A stretch of DNA of 64,000 bases from Dehalococcoidia bacterium (GTDB lineage Bacteria > Chloroflexota > Dehalococcoidia > Lucifugimonadales > QGNO01): the NCBI GenBank assembly GCA_965116555.1, contig OZ220698.1, forward strand, positions 1,844,444 to 1,908,443. Direction: 5' to 3'. A program made the translations under genes and the position numbers. This document shows positions 17,255-25,665 of this stretch, in pieces (position 1 is the first letter of the stretch; every line of letters begins with the position of its first letter). Under the pieces are notes generated by a model. It saw nothing but the letters and a program-made list of their open reading frames with translations, was not told where the DNA came from and ran no database searches.

Positions 17255-17283
17255 AGCGCTTTGATGTTAAACACCCCCAACAC

Positions 17284-17312
17284 TTGACCCCGTTGAAGCC
17301 CGTTCGTAGAAT
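17284..17312 (+). promoter_or_regulatory. sigma70-type promoter of hotdog paralogue 3
   Basis: TTGACC (17284-17289), exactly 17-nt spacer, TAGAAT (17307-17312). SD AAGGAGG and ATG 17342 follow. Confidence 0.55.
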
Positions 17313-17341
17313 TGCGCCATCATCCCAAGGAGGTTGATGCC

Positions 17342-18721
17342 ATGTCTACTCAGACCTTTGAAGAAGCCATCCAAGAGTTCATAGAACGTTCCCGTGAGAT
17401 GCTTGAGGAGGAGACCACGGAAAGCCTGCCGCCCGGTCTTCCCTCTCCGTACCGACAGGACGGCCCCCCTTACGAATGCGCCATCCGCTTGGACGCACGC
17501 ACCATTCGCAACTACGTGCGCACCATCGGAGAGGACAACCCTCTCTATACGGACCCCGCCTACGCCAAGAGCAGCAAGTACGGCTGCCTCACCATACCCG
17601 GACCCTTCCTTTCCATGGTGCGAGGCATCACCGCCCACGGCGCACAGTCCGGAGAGGCCGGTCGGCAGCGGCCCGGCGGCTATCCCGTGGCCAACTTCTT
17701 CTCCGGCACCGCCTGGGAGTTCTTCGACGTACTCCGCATCGGCTCCAAGTTCAGCTCCTCCATGGTCACCAAGGAGCTCATCGAAAAGCCCGGCTCTCGG
17801 GGCAATCTCTTGTTCTTCATCTCGGAGCTCCTCTTCTGGGACGACCACGGCGACCTCCCTGCCAAGTGCTCCGGAACCCTAATTATGGTCCCCATCGAGA
17901 CCATGGGCACCTCCCGCACCATGCCCGTTGAGCGGCTCGGCGAGAAGCTGCTCTACGACCGCAACGTCTCCAACTACTCCCCGGAAGACATCCAGCGTTT
18001 GATGGAAGAGGTGGAGAACGTGAAGCGGCGCGGCTCCGATACTCTCTACTGGGAAGACGTGGAGATAGGCGAGAAGCTGGGCCCAATGATCATCCCGCCC
18101 TGGACCCTGCAGGACTACGGCGCTCCCCGCGTAGTCGGCGAGACCGTCCACGGCTCGTCGGAAGGCCCCGGCGATGAGCTGGCCTTCGAGTCGAAGTTCC
18201 GCCAGCTGAGAGAGAACCGCGGCGGCGCAGGCGGAGGACAGGCCGTCGTCCACCCCGCCACTCGCTGGCCATGGTCTCCCGCTGACGAGCACGAAGACGC
18301 CCTCATGGCTGCCTACCGCGCCCAGCCCGCCCCCTTCGACGGCGGCGTGCAGCGCGTCCAGATACCCAACCGTCTACTCAGCGACTGGATGGGCGACGAA
18401 GGCTTCGTCCGCCGCCAGTACACCGCCATCCGCAAGCCCGTCTACTACGGCGACACCACCTACTACACCGGAGAAGTGGTCAAGAAGTTCAAAGAGGTCC
18501 AGGAAGGCGCCGACGAACTGGGCGGCGCGCCCGGCAAGCGTGAATATTACGCCGTGGGCATCAACATTGAAGGACGCAACCAGGTCGGCGAGGTTAGCAC
18601 GCCCGGCACCGCCACCGTCTACCTACCCTCGCGGGAGGCCGGTCCCGTAGTGCTGCCCATACCTCACACCGCCCGCCCGCCATTCGTCAACTACCAGACC
18701 TACTACAAAGAGTGGTACTAG
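17342..18721 (+). CDS. double-hotdog protein, paralogue 3
   Basis: AAGGAGG sits 8 nt before ATG 17342, and MSTQTFEEAIQEF aligns with the other paralogues. Contains a ~10-aa insertion (AQSGEAGRQRPGGYP) relative to paralogue 1. Confidence 0.8.
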   Translation: MSTQTFEEAIQEFIERSREMLEEETTESLPPGLPSPYRQDGPPYECAIRLDARTIRNYVRTIGEDNPLYTDPAYAKSSKYGCLTIPGPFLSMVRGITAHGAQSGEAGRQRPGGYPVANFFSGTAWEFFDVLRIGSKFSSSMVTKELIEKPGSRGNLLFFISELLFWDDHGDLPAKCSGTLIMVPIETMGTSRTMPVERLGEKLLYDRNVSNYSPEDIQRLMEEVENVKRRGSDTLYWEDVEIGEKLGPMIIPPWTLQDYGAPRVVGETVHGSSEGPGDELAFESKFRQLRENRGGAGGGQAVVHPATRWPWSPADEHEDALMAAYRAQPAPFDGGVQRVQIPNRLLSDWMGDEGFVRRQYTAIRKPVYYGDTTYYTGEVVKKFKEVQEGADELGGAPGKREYYAVGINIEGRNQVGEVSTPGTATVYLPSREAGPVVLPIPHTARPPFVNYQTYYKEWY

Positions 18722-18748
18722 AGCGATACACATAGTGGGAACACTGTA

Positions 18749-18780
18749 GGGGCGGTTCGCGAACCGCCCCTTTCTCTTTG
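18749..18780 (+). terminator. intrinsic terminator after paralogue 3
   Basis: Perfect palindrome ggggcggttcg/cgaaccgcccc followed by tttctctttg. Confidence 0.8.
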
Positions 18781-18801
18781 CCCGCGCCATCTGCCCCTTT
18801 A

Positions 18802-18966
18802 GTCTTGCCCGCGAAGGCGGGTATCCAGAGGTGCGGATGAGTGGGCCTGCCCCCCGCTCACCCTGAGCACCGTCGAAGGGCGTGAGCAGGCACCCCCCCA
18901 TTCGTCATTGCGCAGCGAAGCAATCTGTGGTGACGCTACTGTCATTTTCACGCAGTGAAGAATCCT
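18802..18966. repeat. REP array (C, D, A-variant, A)
   Basis: gtcttgcccgcgaaggcgggtatccagagg is C. ccgctcaccctgagcaccgtcgaagggcgtgagcagg is D. gtcattgcgcagcgaagcaatc is an A variant. gtcattttcacgcagtgaagaatcc is A. Confidence 0.75.
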
Positions 18967-19159
18967 CAACCTTCATCATTGCAAGCCACTCCCGTATCTG
19001 CACGGAGGGGTGTGGAAGAGCCGCTTATCCCTGCGGTGTGCTCTGTGGCGCAGCGAACCCGCCGCGGAGATGACTGTTATACCCCCGCAGCATTGCGAGT
19101 AGACAGGGAGTGCACTCTCAGATCAGGCGTACCGCGTTGGCACGTGAGTCATATAAAGC

Positions 19160-19192
19160 ATCAGCCGGCGGGTTTATCACCCGCCGGCTGAT
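19160..19192 (-). terminator. intrinsic terminator of the DUF11 surface-protein gene
   Basis: 14-bp perfect stem atcagccggcgggt / acccgccggctgat with a 5-nt loop, 28 nt downstream of the stop at 19220. A T-containing tail (tgctttatat) follows on the minus strand. Confidence 0.7.
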
Positions 19193-19219
19193 TGATGGTC
19201 CGAATCGGCTGAGGGACTG

Positions 19220-21772
19220 CTACTCCTCGATCACCGTCGTGCCTTCGTCGCTGCCGACTTCCGCAGTGAATTCTGCGTAGGTCAGAGTAGCGGTGGTGAC
19301 CGTGTCCTGCCTGATCTGGCCCTCGGGCAGGTCGTTTGCCGTCACCGTGACGGTGAAGCTGAAGTCACCACCCGTAGCCAGGTCCTCACCGTGGTTGTAG
19401 GTCACCGTCGAGGTCTCGGCGTCTATCGTCGCCTTGGTGTCGTCCGACGTGGAATCGATGGTGAACTGATCCGGCACTTCCACGGCCACGCTCACTTCGG
19501 TCATCGGCGACCTACCCTGGTTGCTCACGACCACCGTGAAGGTAACCTCCTCACCTTCCCTGATCGGATCGACGGAGTCGGTGATTTGGATGGTGGCGCC
19601 AGTTGCAGCCAATATCACGATATTCAGTTCGGCATCGTCGCTGACGCCTTCGGTGGATGTGACGCTGGCTGTGTTGACCATCGTTCCCACCGTGTCGCCC
19701 TGCAGCGTCACGGTGACTGTGGCCTCGCCGTCGACTGCCAGGTTCCCAACCGACCAAGTTACGGTGTCGCCGTCCTCGGATAGGGTGCCCTCGGGGCTGG
19801 ACGCCACGTAGGACATGCCGGTTGCGATCGTGTCGGTGATTGTCACGTTGGTCAACGGTGCCTCACCGGTGTTGGTGGCGGTCAGAGTGTAGGTTGCCTG
19901 GTTGCCCACGAAGAGCGCCGTGCGACCGACCTTTTCGACCGTTATGGCGGGTACCAGGACCGTGGTGGTTGCCTGGGCCTGAGGCACCGCGTCAACCCCG
20001 TCGGCGGTGGCGGACGCAGTGTTTACCTTGGCGCCTGCCGTTGTCCCCCTCAGCGTCAGCGTGATGGTGGACAAGCCATCGGGATTCAGACTGCCGATGT
20101 TCCAGGTCACCGTGCTGCCGTCATCTGAGACGGTACCGGCCGGGAGGCTGCCGACGTGCTCCGTACCAACAGGCAGGGTGTCGGTTACGGTTGTGTTCTC
20201 GGCGACACCGGTACCGGTGTTGGAGACCGTTATGGTGTAGGCAAATATCTCATTTATCAGAGCCGTTTCTGGCCCAATCTTGGTGATGGCCAGCTCTGGC
20301 TGGACGACCGTGGTAGCGGCCTCGGCGCTGGCCGTGGCGCCTTCTGTGGAGGACACAGCCACTTGGTTGGTCCACTCGCCAGTCTGGTTCGTCTGCAGAA
20401 CCACTGAGACTGAACTCGTCTCGTCCGGGTTCAACGTACCCAGATCAATCGTCAGCTCGTTGTCAACCCGAATGCCCTCCGGGTCGGATGAGACTAAGCT
20501 CATGCCTGACGGTATGGTGTCCACCAATTGGATGCCCGTGCTTGCACCAGTGCCAGTACCGGTCACCACAATGGTGTAGGTGACGTTGTCATTGATATTA
20601 GCCTGTTCCGGGCCGGTCTTGGTGACTTCCAAACCGCCTCTTATGACTTCCGTTACAGTGGTGGTCTCGTCGCCGAGGCCCGCGGAAGAGCTCGCCTGGT
20701 ACGTGATTGTCTGTTCGCCTACGCTGGTGCCCCGGGCTGTCAGCTCAACCGACATGGAACCGTCGATTGCGATAGTGCCAAGATCCCAGGTTACGACCGA
20801 TTCGCTCTCTGTGCCTCCCTCCGTGGCGGACACAAAGGTCAAGCCATCGGGCAGTGTGGCGGTAAGCTCAGTATTCGTTGAATCGAAGGTACCGGTATTG
20901 GTCACCGAGATGGTGTACGCTGCGTTGTCAAGCAGGCCAATCTGCTCGGAGCCGGTTGCCTCTACATCCAGAACTGACTGGGCCCACCGCTTCTGCATGC
21001 TTTGCGAGAACATGGTCTTGCCGCCCGGCTGCTCCAGCACTTCAATGAATACGCTGTTGTCACCCAAGAGCGCGTCTACCTGCTCAAGAGTGACGGAAGC
21101 CTGTCCGGAGGAGTCGGTTGTGGTTGTGATGACGTTGCTGTCTTCCTCCGCGTTTGCGAACCGGGCGTCCGGCTCGTCATCGGTTATAGTCCAGCGGACG
21201 GACGTGCCCTCGACAGGACTGCCGTCCGAGACGTTGGTTATCGTTACGCTCATGGGGTGAGGAGTGTTGGAGAGGTTTTCCGCGTCGGGTGGGAACTCAG
21301 GACATCCGTCTACCCAGTGCACCACTCCAAAGACCTTGTGGGCGCTCTTATCCTCGATGCCGGGTGCGAAGGCGGTTACGTCGGTATCGCCCGGCCGTGT
21401 GGACACCAGAGTTGCGGTGGCCTGCCCGTCTGCGTCGGTATTCACAACTGCGAAGGAGTTGGTCATCTTGGTGGGGCTGGTGTTGCCCGTTACCTCGACA
21501 ATGTCACCAACCGCATCCGGGAATCGGTTGAGCAAGAATTCGATGCGCCCGTCTGCCGCGGCGGTCCCGTCAGCAGCCAGGTTGGCCGTAATCTCATGCT
21601 GGTCAAGAATGCAGCTCCACGACTCCCCGGAACTCAGCATCACCTCTGTAGGTGCGCTGGCTTGGGGATTTGCGGGGCTTTGGGGGTTGGACGCAGTGGC
21701 ATTGCCAATCAGGCCAACCAACAGGAGAAGTAGTCCCATCGCGGGCAACGTTAGTCGCTTCGCATTAAGCAT
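19220..21772 (-). CDS. secreted repeat protein with at least 5 DUF11-type ('conserved repeat domain') modules
   Basis: Start moved to ATG 21772, with GAGGTG 5 nt upstream. That gives MLNAKRLTLPAMGLLLLLVGLIGNATA, a classical signal peptide. Repeated ~110-aa modules follow the pattern ..TK.GP......N....Y.I.V.N.G...A....V.DT.P.G......P.G........V.W..... Confidence 0.8.
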   Translation of the reverse strand: MLNAKRLTLPAMGLLLLLVGLIGNATASNPQSPANPQASAPTEVMLSSGESWSCILDQHEITANLAADGTAAADGRIEFLLNRFPDAVGDIVEVTGNTSPTKMTNSFAVVNTDADGQATATLVSTRPGDTDVTAFAPGIEDKSAHKVFGVVHWVDGCPEFPPDAENLSNTPHPMSVTITNVSDGSPVEGTSVRWTITDDEPDARFANAEEDSNVITTTTDSSGQASVTLEQVDALLGDNSVFIEVLEQPGGKTMFSQSMQKRWAQSVLDVEATGSEQIGLLDNAAYTISVTNTGTFDSTNTELTATLPDGLTFVSATEGGTESESVVTWDLGTIAIDGSMSVELTARGTSVGEQTITYQASSSAGLGDETTTVTEVIRGGLEVTKTGPEQANINDNVTYTIVVTGTGTGASTGIQLVDTIPSGMSLVSSDPEGIRVDNELTIDLGTLNPDETSSVSVVLQTNQTGEWTNQVAVSSTEGATASAEAATTVVQPELAITKIGPETALINEIFAYTITVSNTGTGVAENTTVTDTLPVGTEHVGSLPAGTVSDDGSTVTWNIGSLNPDGLSTITLTLRGTTAGAKVNTASATADGVDAVPQAQATTTVLVPAITVEKVGRTALFVGNQATYTLTATNTGEAPLTNVTITDTIATGMSYVASSPEGTLSEDGDTVTWSVGNLAVDGEATVTVTLQGDTVGTMVNTASVTSTEGVSDDAELNIVILAATGATIQITDSVDPIREGEEVTFTVVVSNQGRSPMTEVSVAVEVPDQFTIDSTSDDTKATIDAETSTVTYNHGEDLATGGDFSFTVTVTANDLPEGQIRQDTVTTATLTYAEFTAEVGSDEGTTVIEE

Positions 21773-21948
21773 CGAAACACCTCGTTTGTCAACCGAACTT
21801 GCCGCCGGAGCAGACATAATCGTAATCTAGGCGATAGTAGCATATTAAAATTCTGCTGTCTATTGTATATGGAGAGCAAAATTACAATTTCATAACGTGT
21901 TTTATACGTATAATCCGAACAGTGACAGTGGCCCGGCTCCTCTCTTGA

Positions 21949-22101
21949 GAGGTGGTTGTAGGCCAAGCCTTGCGTGAATATCTGGCGGTGATCACTCGCC
22001 CGCAGACCTGGCAAGCAGCAATTGTGCGGGAGGACGCGCTTGACGATGTAGCACGGCTAATTGCCAGGTTCCAGGTCAGGTATTGCAAGTCCAGGGGTTA
22101 A
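21949..22101 (+). pseudogene. possible relic of a PIN-domain (VapC-like) toxin gene
   Basis: A 50-codon open frame reads EVVVGQALREYLAVITRPQTWQAAIVREDALDDVARLIARFQVRYCKSRG-stop. The (L)REYLAVITRPQ block resembles the central xEFxAxxTxP motif of one VapC/PIN subfamily. It has no N-terminal or C-terminal acidic-residue regions and sits in an AT-rich divergent intergenic region. Confidence 0.3.
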
Positions 22102-22107
22102 CAAGTA

Positions 22108-23490
22108 ATGAAGCTCCTAAAGCCTCCCGTCACGCTGACAGCGTTCGCACTGCTTGCCTCGATGCTCTTGCTCGTGGCTTGCCAAGCGGAGGATCCTTCG
22201 CCGGGCAGCATGGGTCTGGGCGATCCGCTCTATCCCGGTTTGGGCAACGGCGGCTACGAAGTCTCCCACTACACCCTCACGCTCGATGTCGACGTCGACG
22301 GCAACTTCATTTCGGGCAACGCCGAAATTGAGGCGAATGCGACGCAAGCGCTTTCCACGTTCAATCTCGACATGCGCGGCCTGGAGGTCATCGAGACGCG
22401 CGTCTCAGACCGGCCCGCGACCCACAGTCGCAGCGGAAGCGAACTGACCATAACGCCGGACGAGCCAATTCGGAACGGCGCATCCTTCGTCGTGGAGGTG
22501 CAGTATCAAGGGCAGCCCACCCCCGACGAGGTCCCAGGCATCGGCATTCCCATCGGCTGGATCAAATATCCCACGGGCATCTACGCCTTAGGGGAGCCGT
22601 GGGGCTCATCCACTTGGTACCCAGTGAACGAGCACCCGTCGGACAAGGCTTCCTACACCTTCGTGGTGACGGTACCCAACCCCTACGAGGTGGCAGCTAT
22701 CGGGGAGTTAGTGAGCGTAGTCGACGACGGAGTCGCCAGTACGTACACCTGGGAGGCGCGCGACGAGCTGGCCAGCTATCTGACTGCCCTAGCGATTTCC
22801 CAGTTTGACGAGGTAACCAGCCAAGGACCGCAAGGGACCCCGATTCTCGACCTGATTCAGGAGACGGTGGCAGAGCCGGGAAGGAACCCTCTCGAGAAGA
22901 CGCCCGAAATGCTGGACTTCTTCAGCGACATCTTTGGAGAGTATCCATTCGAGACGTACGGCGCCATCGTAATCGATGCGCCGTTCCCCGCCGCCTTAGA
23001 GACGCAGACCAGGCCAGTCTACGGCTCGGTCGCCATCGCCCAGTTTGGTGAGCGGATCATAGCTCACGAGCTGGCTCACCAGTGGTTCGGGAACCTTGTC
23101 ACCCCCGCCACCTGGGAGGACGTCTGGCTCAACGAGGGCTTCGCCACCTACGCCGAGTGGCTCTGGGAAGACCACAAGTCCGGCAATGCGTTCGATCTGT
23201 TCTGGGACGTACTCTGGATGGCCAACTTGGGCCCGCCCGGCAAGCCACAACCCGAAGACCCGTTCACGGCGGCTCTCTACGTGAGAGGGGCCATGACCCT
23301 TCACGCACTGCGCTTGGAAATCGGCGACGACGCCTTCTTCCGCACGCTCCGCGAGTACCTGTCTCGCCATGCCGGAGGCAACGCCTCAACATCAGACTTC
23401 GTGGAGGTGGCGGAACAGGTCTCCGGCCAAGACCTAGATGACCTGTTCCAGGCCTGGCTCTACGCCGATGTCCCTCCGGCCCCGCCATAG
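22108..23490 (+). CDS. M1-family zinc metallopeptidase, secreted lipoprotein form
   Basis: Signal peptide plus lipobox (LLLVAC). Has HELAHQWFGNLV (HExxH) followed by NEGFATYAEW (the distal Glu). Confidence 0.85.
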   Translation: MKLLKPPVTLTAFALLASMLLLVACQAEDPSPGSMGLGDPLYPGLGNGGYEVSHYTLTLDVDVDGNFISGNAEIEANATQALSTFNLDMRGLEVIETRVSDRPATHSRSGSELTITPDEPIRNGASFVVEVQYQGQPTPDEVPGIGIPIGWIKYPTGIYALGEPWGSSTWYPVNEHPSDKASYTFVVTVPNPYEVAAIGELVSVVDDGVASTYTWEARDELASYLTALAISQFDEVTSQGPQGTPILDLIQETVAEPGRNPLEKTPEMLDFFSDIFGEYPFETYGAIVIDAPFPAALETQTRPVYGSVAIAQFGERIIAHELAHQWFGNLVTPATWEDVWLNEGFATYAEWLWEDHKSGNAFDLFWDVLWMANLGPPGKPQPEDPFTAALYVRGAMTLHALRLEIGDDAFFRTLREYLSRHAGGNASTSDFVEVAEQVSGQDLDDLFQAWLYADVPPAPP

Positions 23491-23537
23491 GCACAGCTCA
23501 AGAGGGATCAACCGCGAATGTTGGGATTAAAGCGAAG

Positions 23538-23852
23538 CTAGGACGTCTTCACGGCGGTGCCGTAGGCTACGATTTCCGCCGCGCCCTGCGCCACGGCCGA
23601 GGTGATGAACCTCACACCGACAATTGCGTTTCCGCCCATTGCCTCCGCGCTCTCTATCATGCGCTGAAGCGATTCCTCCCGCGCTTCAGCCAGAAGCTTG
23701 GTGTACTCGCCAACCTCGCCGCCTACCATGTTTCGCAGTCCGGCCATGATGTCTCGCCCTATGTGGCGGGCACGCACGGTGCTGCCCCTCACCAGCCCAA
23801 GCGTTTCTAAGATAGTGGCTCCGGGTATCTCGTCAGTCGTTGTTATGATCAA
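23538..23852 (-). CDS. YbjQ/UPF0145-family protein
   Basis: 104 aa. MIITTTDEIPG....LG.V.G..V.AR...RD..A.L....GGE...Y......AR......M...A...GGNAIVGVRF is the family pattern. Confidence 0.8.
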   Translation of the reverse strand: MIITTTDEIPGATILETLGLVRGSTVRARHIGRDIMAGLRNMVGGEVGEYTKLLAEAREESLQRMIESAEAMGGNAIVGVRFITSAVAQGAAEIVAYGTAVKTS

Positions 23853-24142
23853 TGGTCTACCTTCAGGAAATTCTCTTTTTTCTTGTGGATGATTCTATCT
23901 CGTATCACCGCCACCAGCAGGACGGCAAACCCAACCGGTACGGCAAGGAGGGCAAAGAGCACCAAGCCCGGCACGTCCTCGGCGGTCATGATAGCGTAAA
24001 CCCACAAACCGCCTAGGATAACCAATCCGGCGGCGAGTATCCCTCCGCCTATCCATAAGAGAAGGCTGTTGCTACTCTCCAAACTTGCCATCTGACTTCC
24101 TCCGTCGGCTGGGAATAGTATACTACCCTTCGATTCTTGCAT
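23849..24142 (-). CDS. small membrane protein (2 TM), translationally coupled to ybjQ-like gene
   Basis: 97 aa with two hydrophobic helices. Its stop overlaps the start of the downstream gene by 4 nt. Confidence 0.5.
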   Translation of the reverse strand: MQESKGSILFPADGGSQMASLESSNSLLLWIGGGILAAGLVILGGLWVYAIMTAEDVPGLVLFALLAVPVGFAVLLVAVIRDRIIHKKKENFLKVDH

Positions 24143-24176
24143 ACCACGAGGGATGTTATACGTATAGGCAGACTGC

Positions 24177-24638
24177 TCACGCCTTTACGGCTTTCAGCAC
24201 CTCTTCCGCGTGACCAGAAGGTCTCACCTTGGGCCAGACCTTCTGGATCGTCCCCTCCTCATCTATGAGGAACGTCATACGCCTCATCCCCATCGTCGTC
24301 TTGCCCCAGACCGTTTTCTCGCCCCATGCACCGTAGGCCGTGGACACCGCCTTCTCATCGTCCGACAGCAGCGGAAAATTGAGCCTGTACTTCTCAACGA
24401 ACCGCCGGTGCGATTTCAGGCTGTCGGCGCTGACGCCCAGCACCTCTACGCCCGCCGCTCTCAGATCATCGTTGGCGTCGCGGAAGCTGCAGGCCTCCTT
24501 TACGCAGCCTGGAGTATCGTCCTTGGGATAGAAGTAGAGCACCACCTTCCTGCCGGCTGCATCCGCCAGCGAGATGGTCTCACCAGTGGAAGCCGGCAAC
24601 GAGAAATGCGGTGCTTTGTCTCCTGGACTCAGGGTCAT
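24177..24638 (-). CDS. bcp: thioredoxin-dependent thiol peroxidase (peroxiredoxin Bcp)
   Basis: 153 aa with YFYPKDDTPGCVKEAC active-site context. Confidence 0.85.
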   Translation of the reverse strand: MTLSPGDKAPHFSLPASTGETISLADAAGRKVVLYFYPKDDTPGCVKEACSFRDANDDLRAAGVEVLGVSADSLKSHRRFVEKYRLNFPLLSDDEKAVSTAYGAWGEKTVWGKTTMGMRRMTFLIDEEGTIQKVWPKVRPSGHAEEVLKAVKA

Positions 24639-24706
24639 CTATTGCCTCCTAGAAATTGCGCATTGTGAACGCTTTATCAACCTGTCAAGCGCCTGTGGCT
24701 AATGTA

Positions 24707-25321
24707 TCAGTCTCCCGCTAGCGCCATCCGCTTGTACTGTGCCGGCGCCGTAATGCCGCCGGACAGCACCAGGCTCATCGCCGTATCTATGGATAAGTCG
24801 GTATCGTAGACCTCTTCTACGGGAAGGATGGCCACCCAGCCCGAGTTGGGCATTGGGGCAGTGGGTATGTAGATTATGGCCATGCGTTTGTCAGGAGCCT
24901 CCTCTATGAAGCTGGTCAGGAAGCCCAGGGTCCACGCCCCTTTTCTGGGGTGCTCTATGGCCACAACGCGCTTGAAACCCATATCGCTGCTGCCGGAGAA
25001 GGAGTCTATGAGTTTGCCCGCTGTGGAGTAGACGTTGCCAACTACGGGAATCCTGAGGAATCCTCCCTTCAACAGTTCAACCATTCGACGGCCCAGGACA
25101 TTGGCAACCAGAAGACCCACCAGATAGATCAGTACCACAAGAAAGAGGAGGCCAAGCCCGGGAATCCTGCTGCCAAACGCCTCTTCCACCAACGGCTGCA
25201 ATACTCCGTCTACTATGTCAAAGAGCAACTTCAGCACCATATAAGTAAGCACAACAGGTATCATGACAAAAAGGCCCCTGACAAAGGCTCTCCTCAAATG
25301 CCTGCCAATTCCCCTTCCCAT
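24707..25321 (-). CDS. DUF502-family membrane protein
   Basis: MGRGIGRHLRRAFVRGL...PVVLTY... plus the later ...GFKRVVAIEHPRKG.W.LGF.T block. ATG 25321 has a GGGGG SD-like run upstream; the listed ORF starts at 25357. Confidence 0.7.
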   Translation of the reverse strand: MGRGIGRHLRRAFVRGLFVMIPVVLTYMVLKLLFDIVDGVLQPLVEEAFGSRIPGLGLLFLVVLIYLVGLLVANVLGRRMVELLKGGFLRIPVVGNVYSTAGKLIDSFSGSSDMGFKRVVAIEHPRKGAWTLGFLTSFIEEAPDKRMAIIYIPTAPMPNSGWVAILPVEEVYDTDLSIDTAMSLVLSGGITAPAQYKRMALAGD

Positions 25322-25459
25322 ATCGACACCCCCATTATTTAATCTGAGACACGTCAAGTATTTGGTCTACTGTAGTACATGTCAACGTACCGGATTTGTT
25401 GGAGGAAATTGCTCCAAAATTGTTGCGCTCAGATGCTTGACATGCCCATACACCACCCG

Positions 25460-25590
25460 TGATAGACTGCGCTAGTCCTGAGCAACTGAGGACGAAGTGA
25501 GGCAGAAGCCGAAAGCCAGCATCAGGCAACTGTGAGGGCTGGAAGTTAATGCTAGCGGACGCTGAAGCTGCTCAGGATCTTTTCTTTTGG
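25460..25590 (+). promoter_or_regulatory. candidate structured leader or small RNA with terminator-like end, upstream of lutA
   Basis: Extended -10-like TGaTAGACT (25460-25468). A long-range 9-bp helix pairs tcctgagca (25477-25485) with tgctcagga (25569-25577), enclosing 83 nt. It is followed directly by tcttttcttttgg. Confidence 0.3.
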
Positions 25591-25665
25591 TACCTACATT
25601 TCTTGCCACCTGTCCCGCTCCTCTGCTACCTTTTACCAAGATGATTTTGACGTAGGGGGTCTTGC

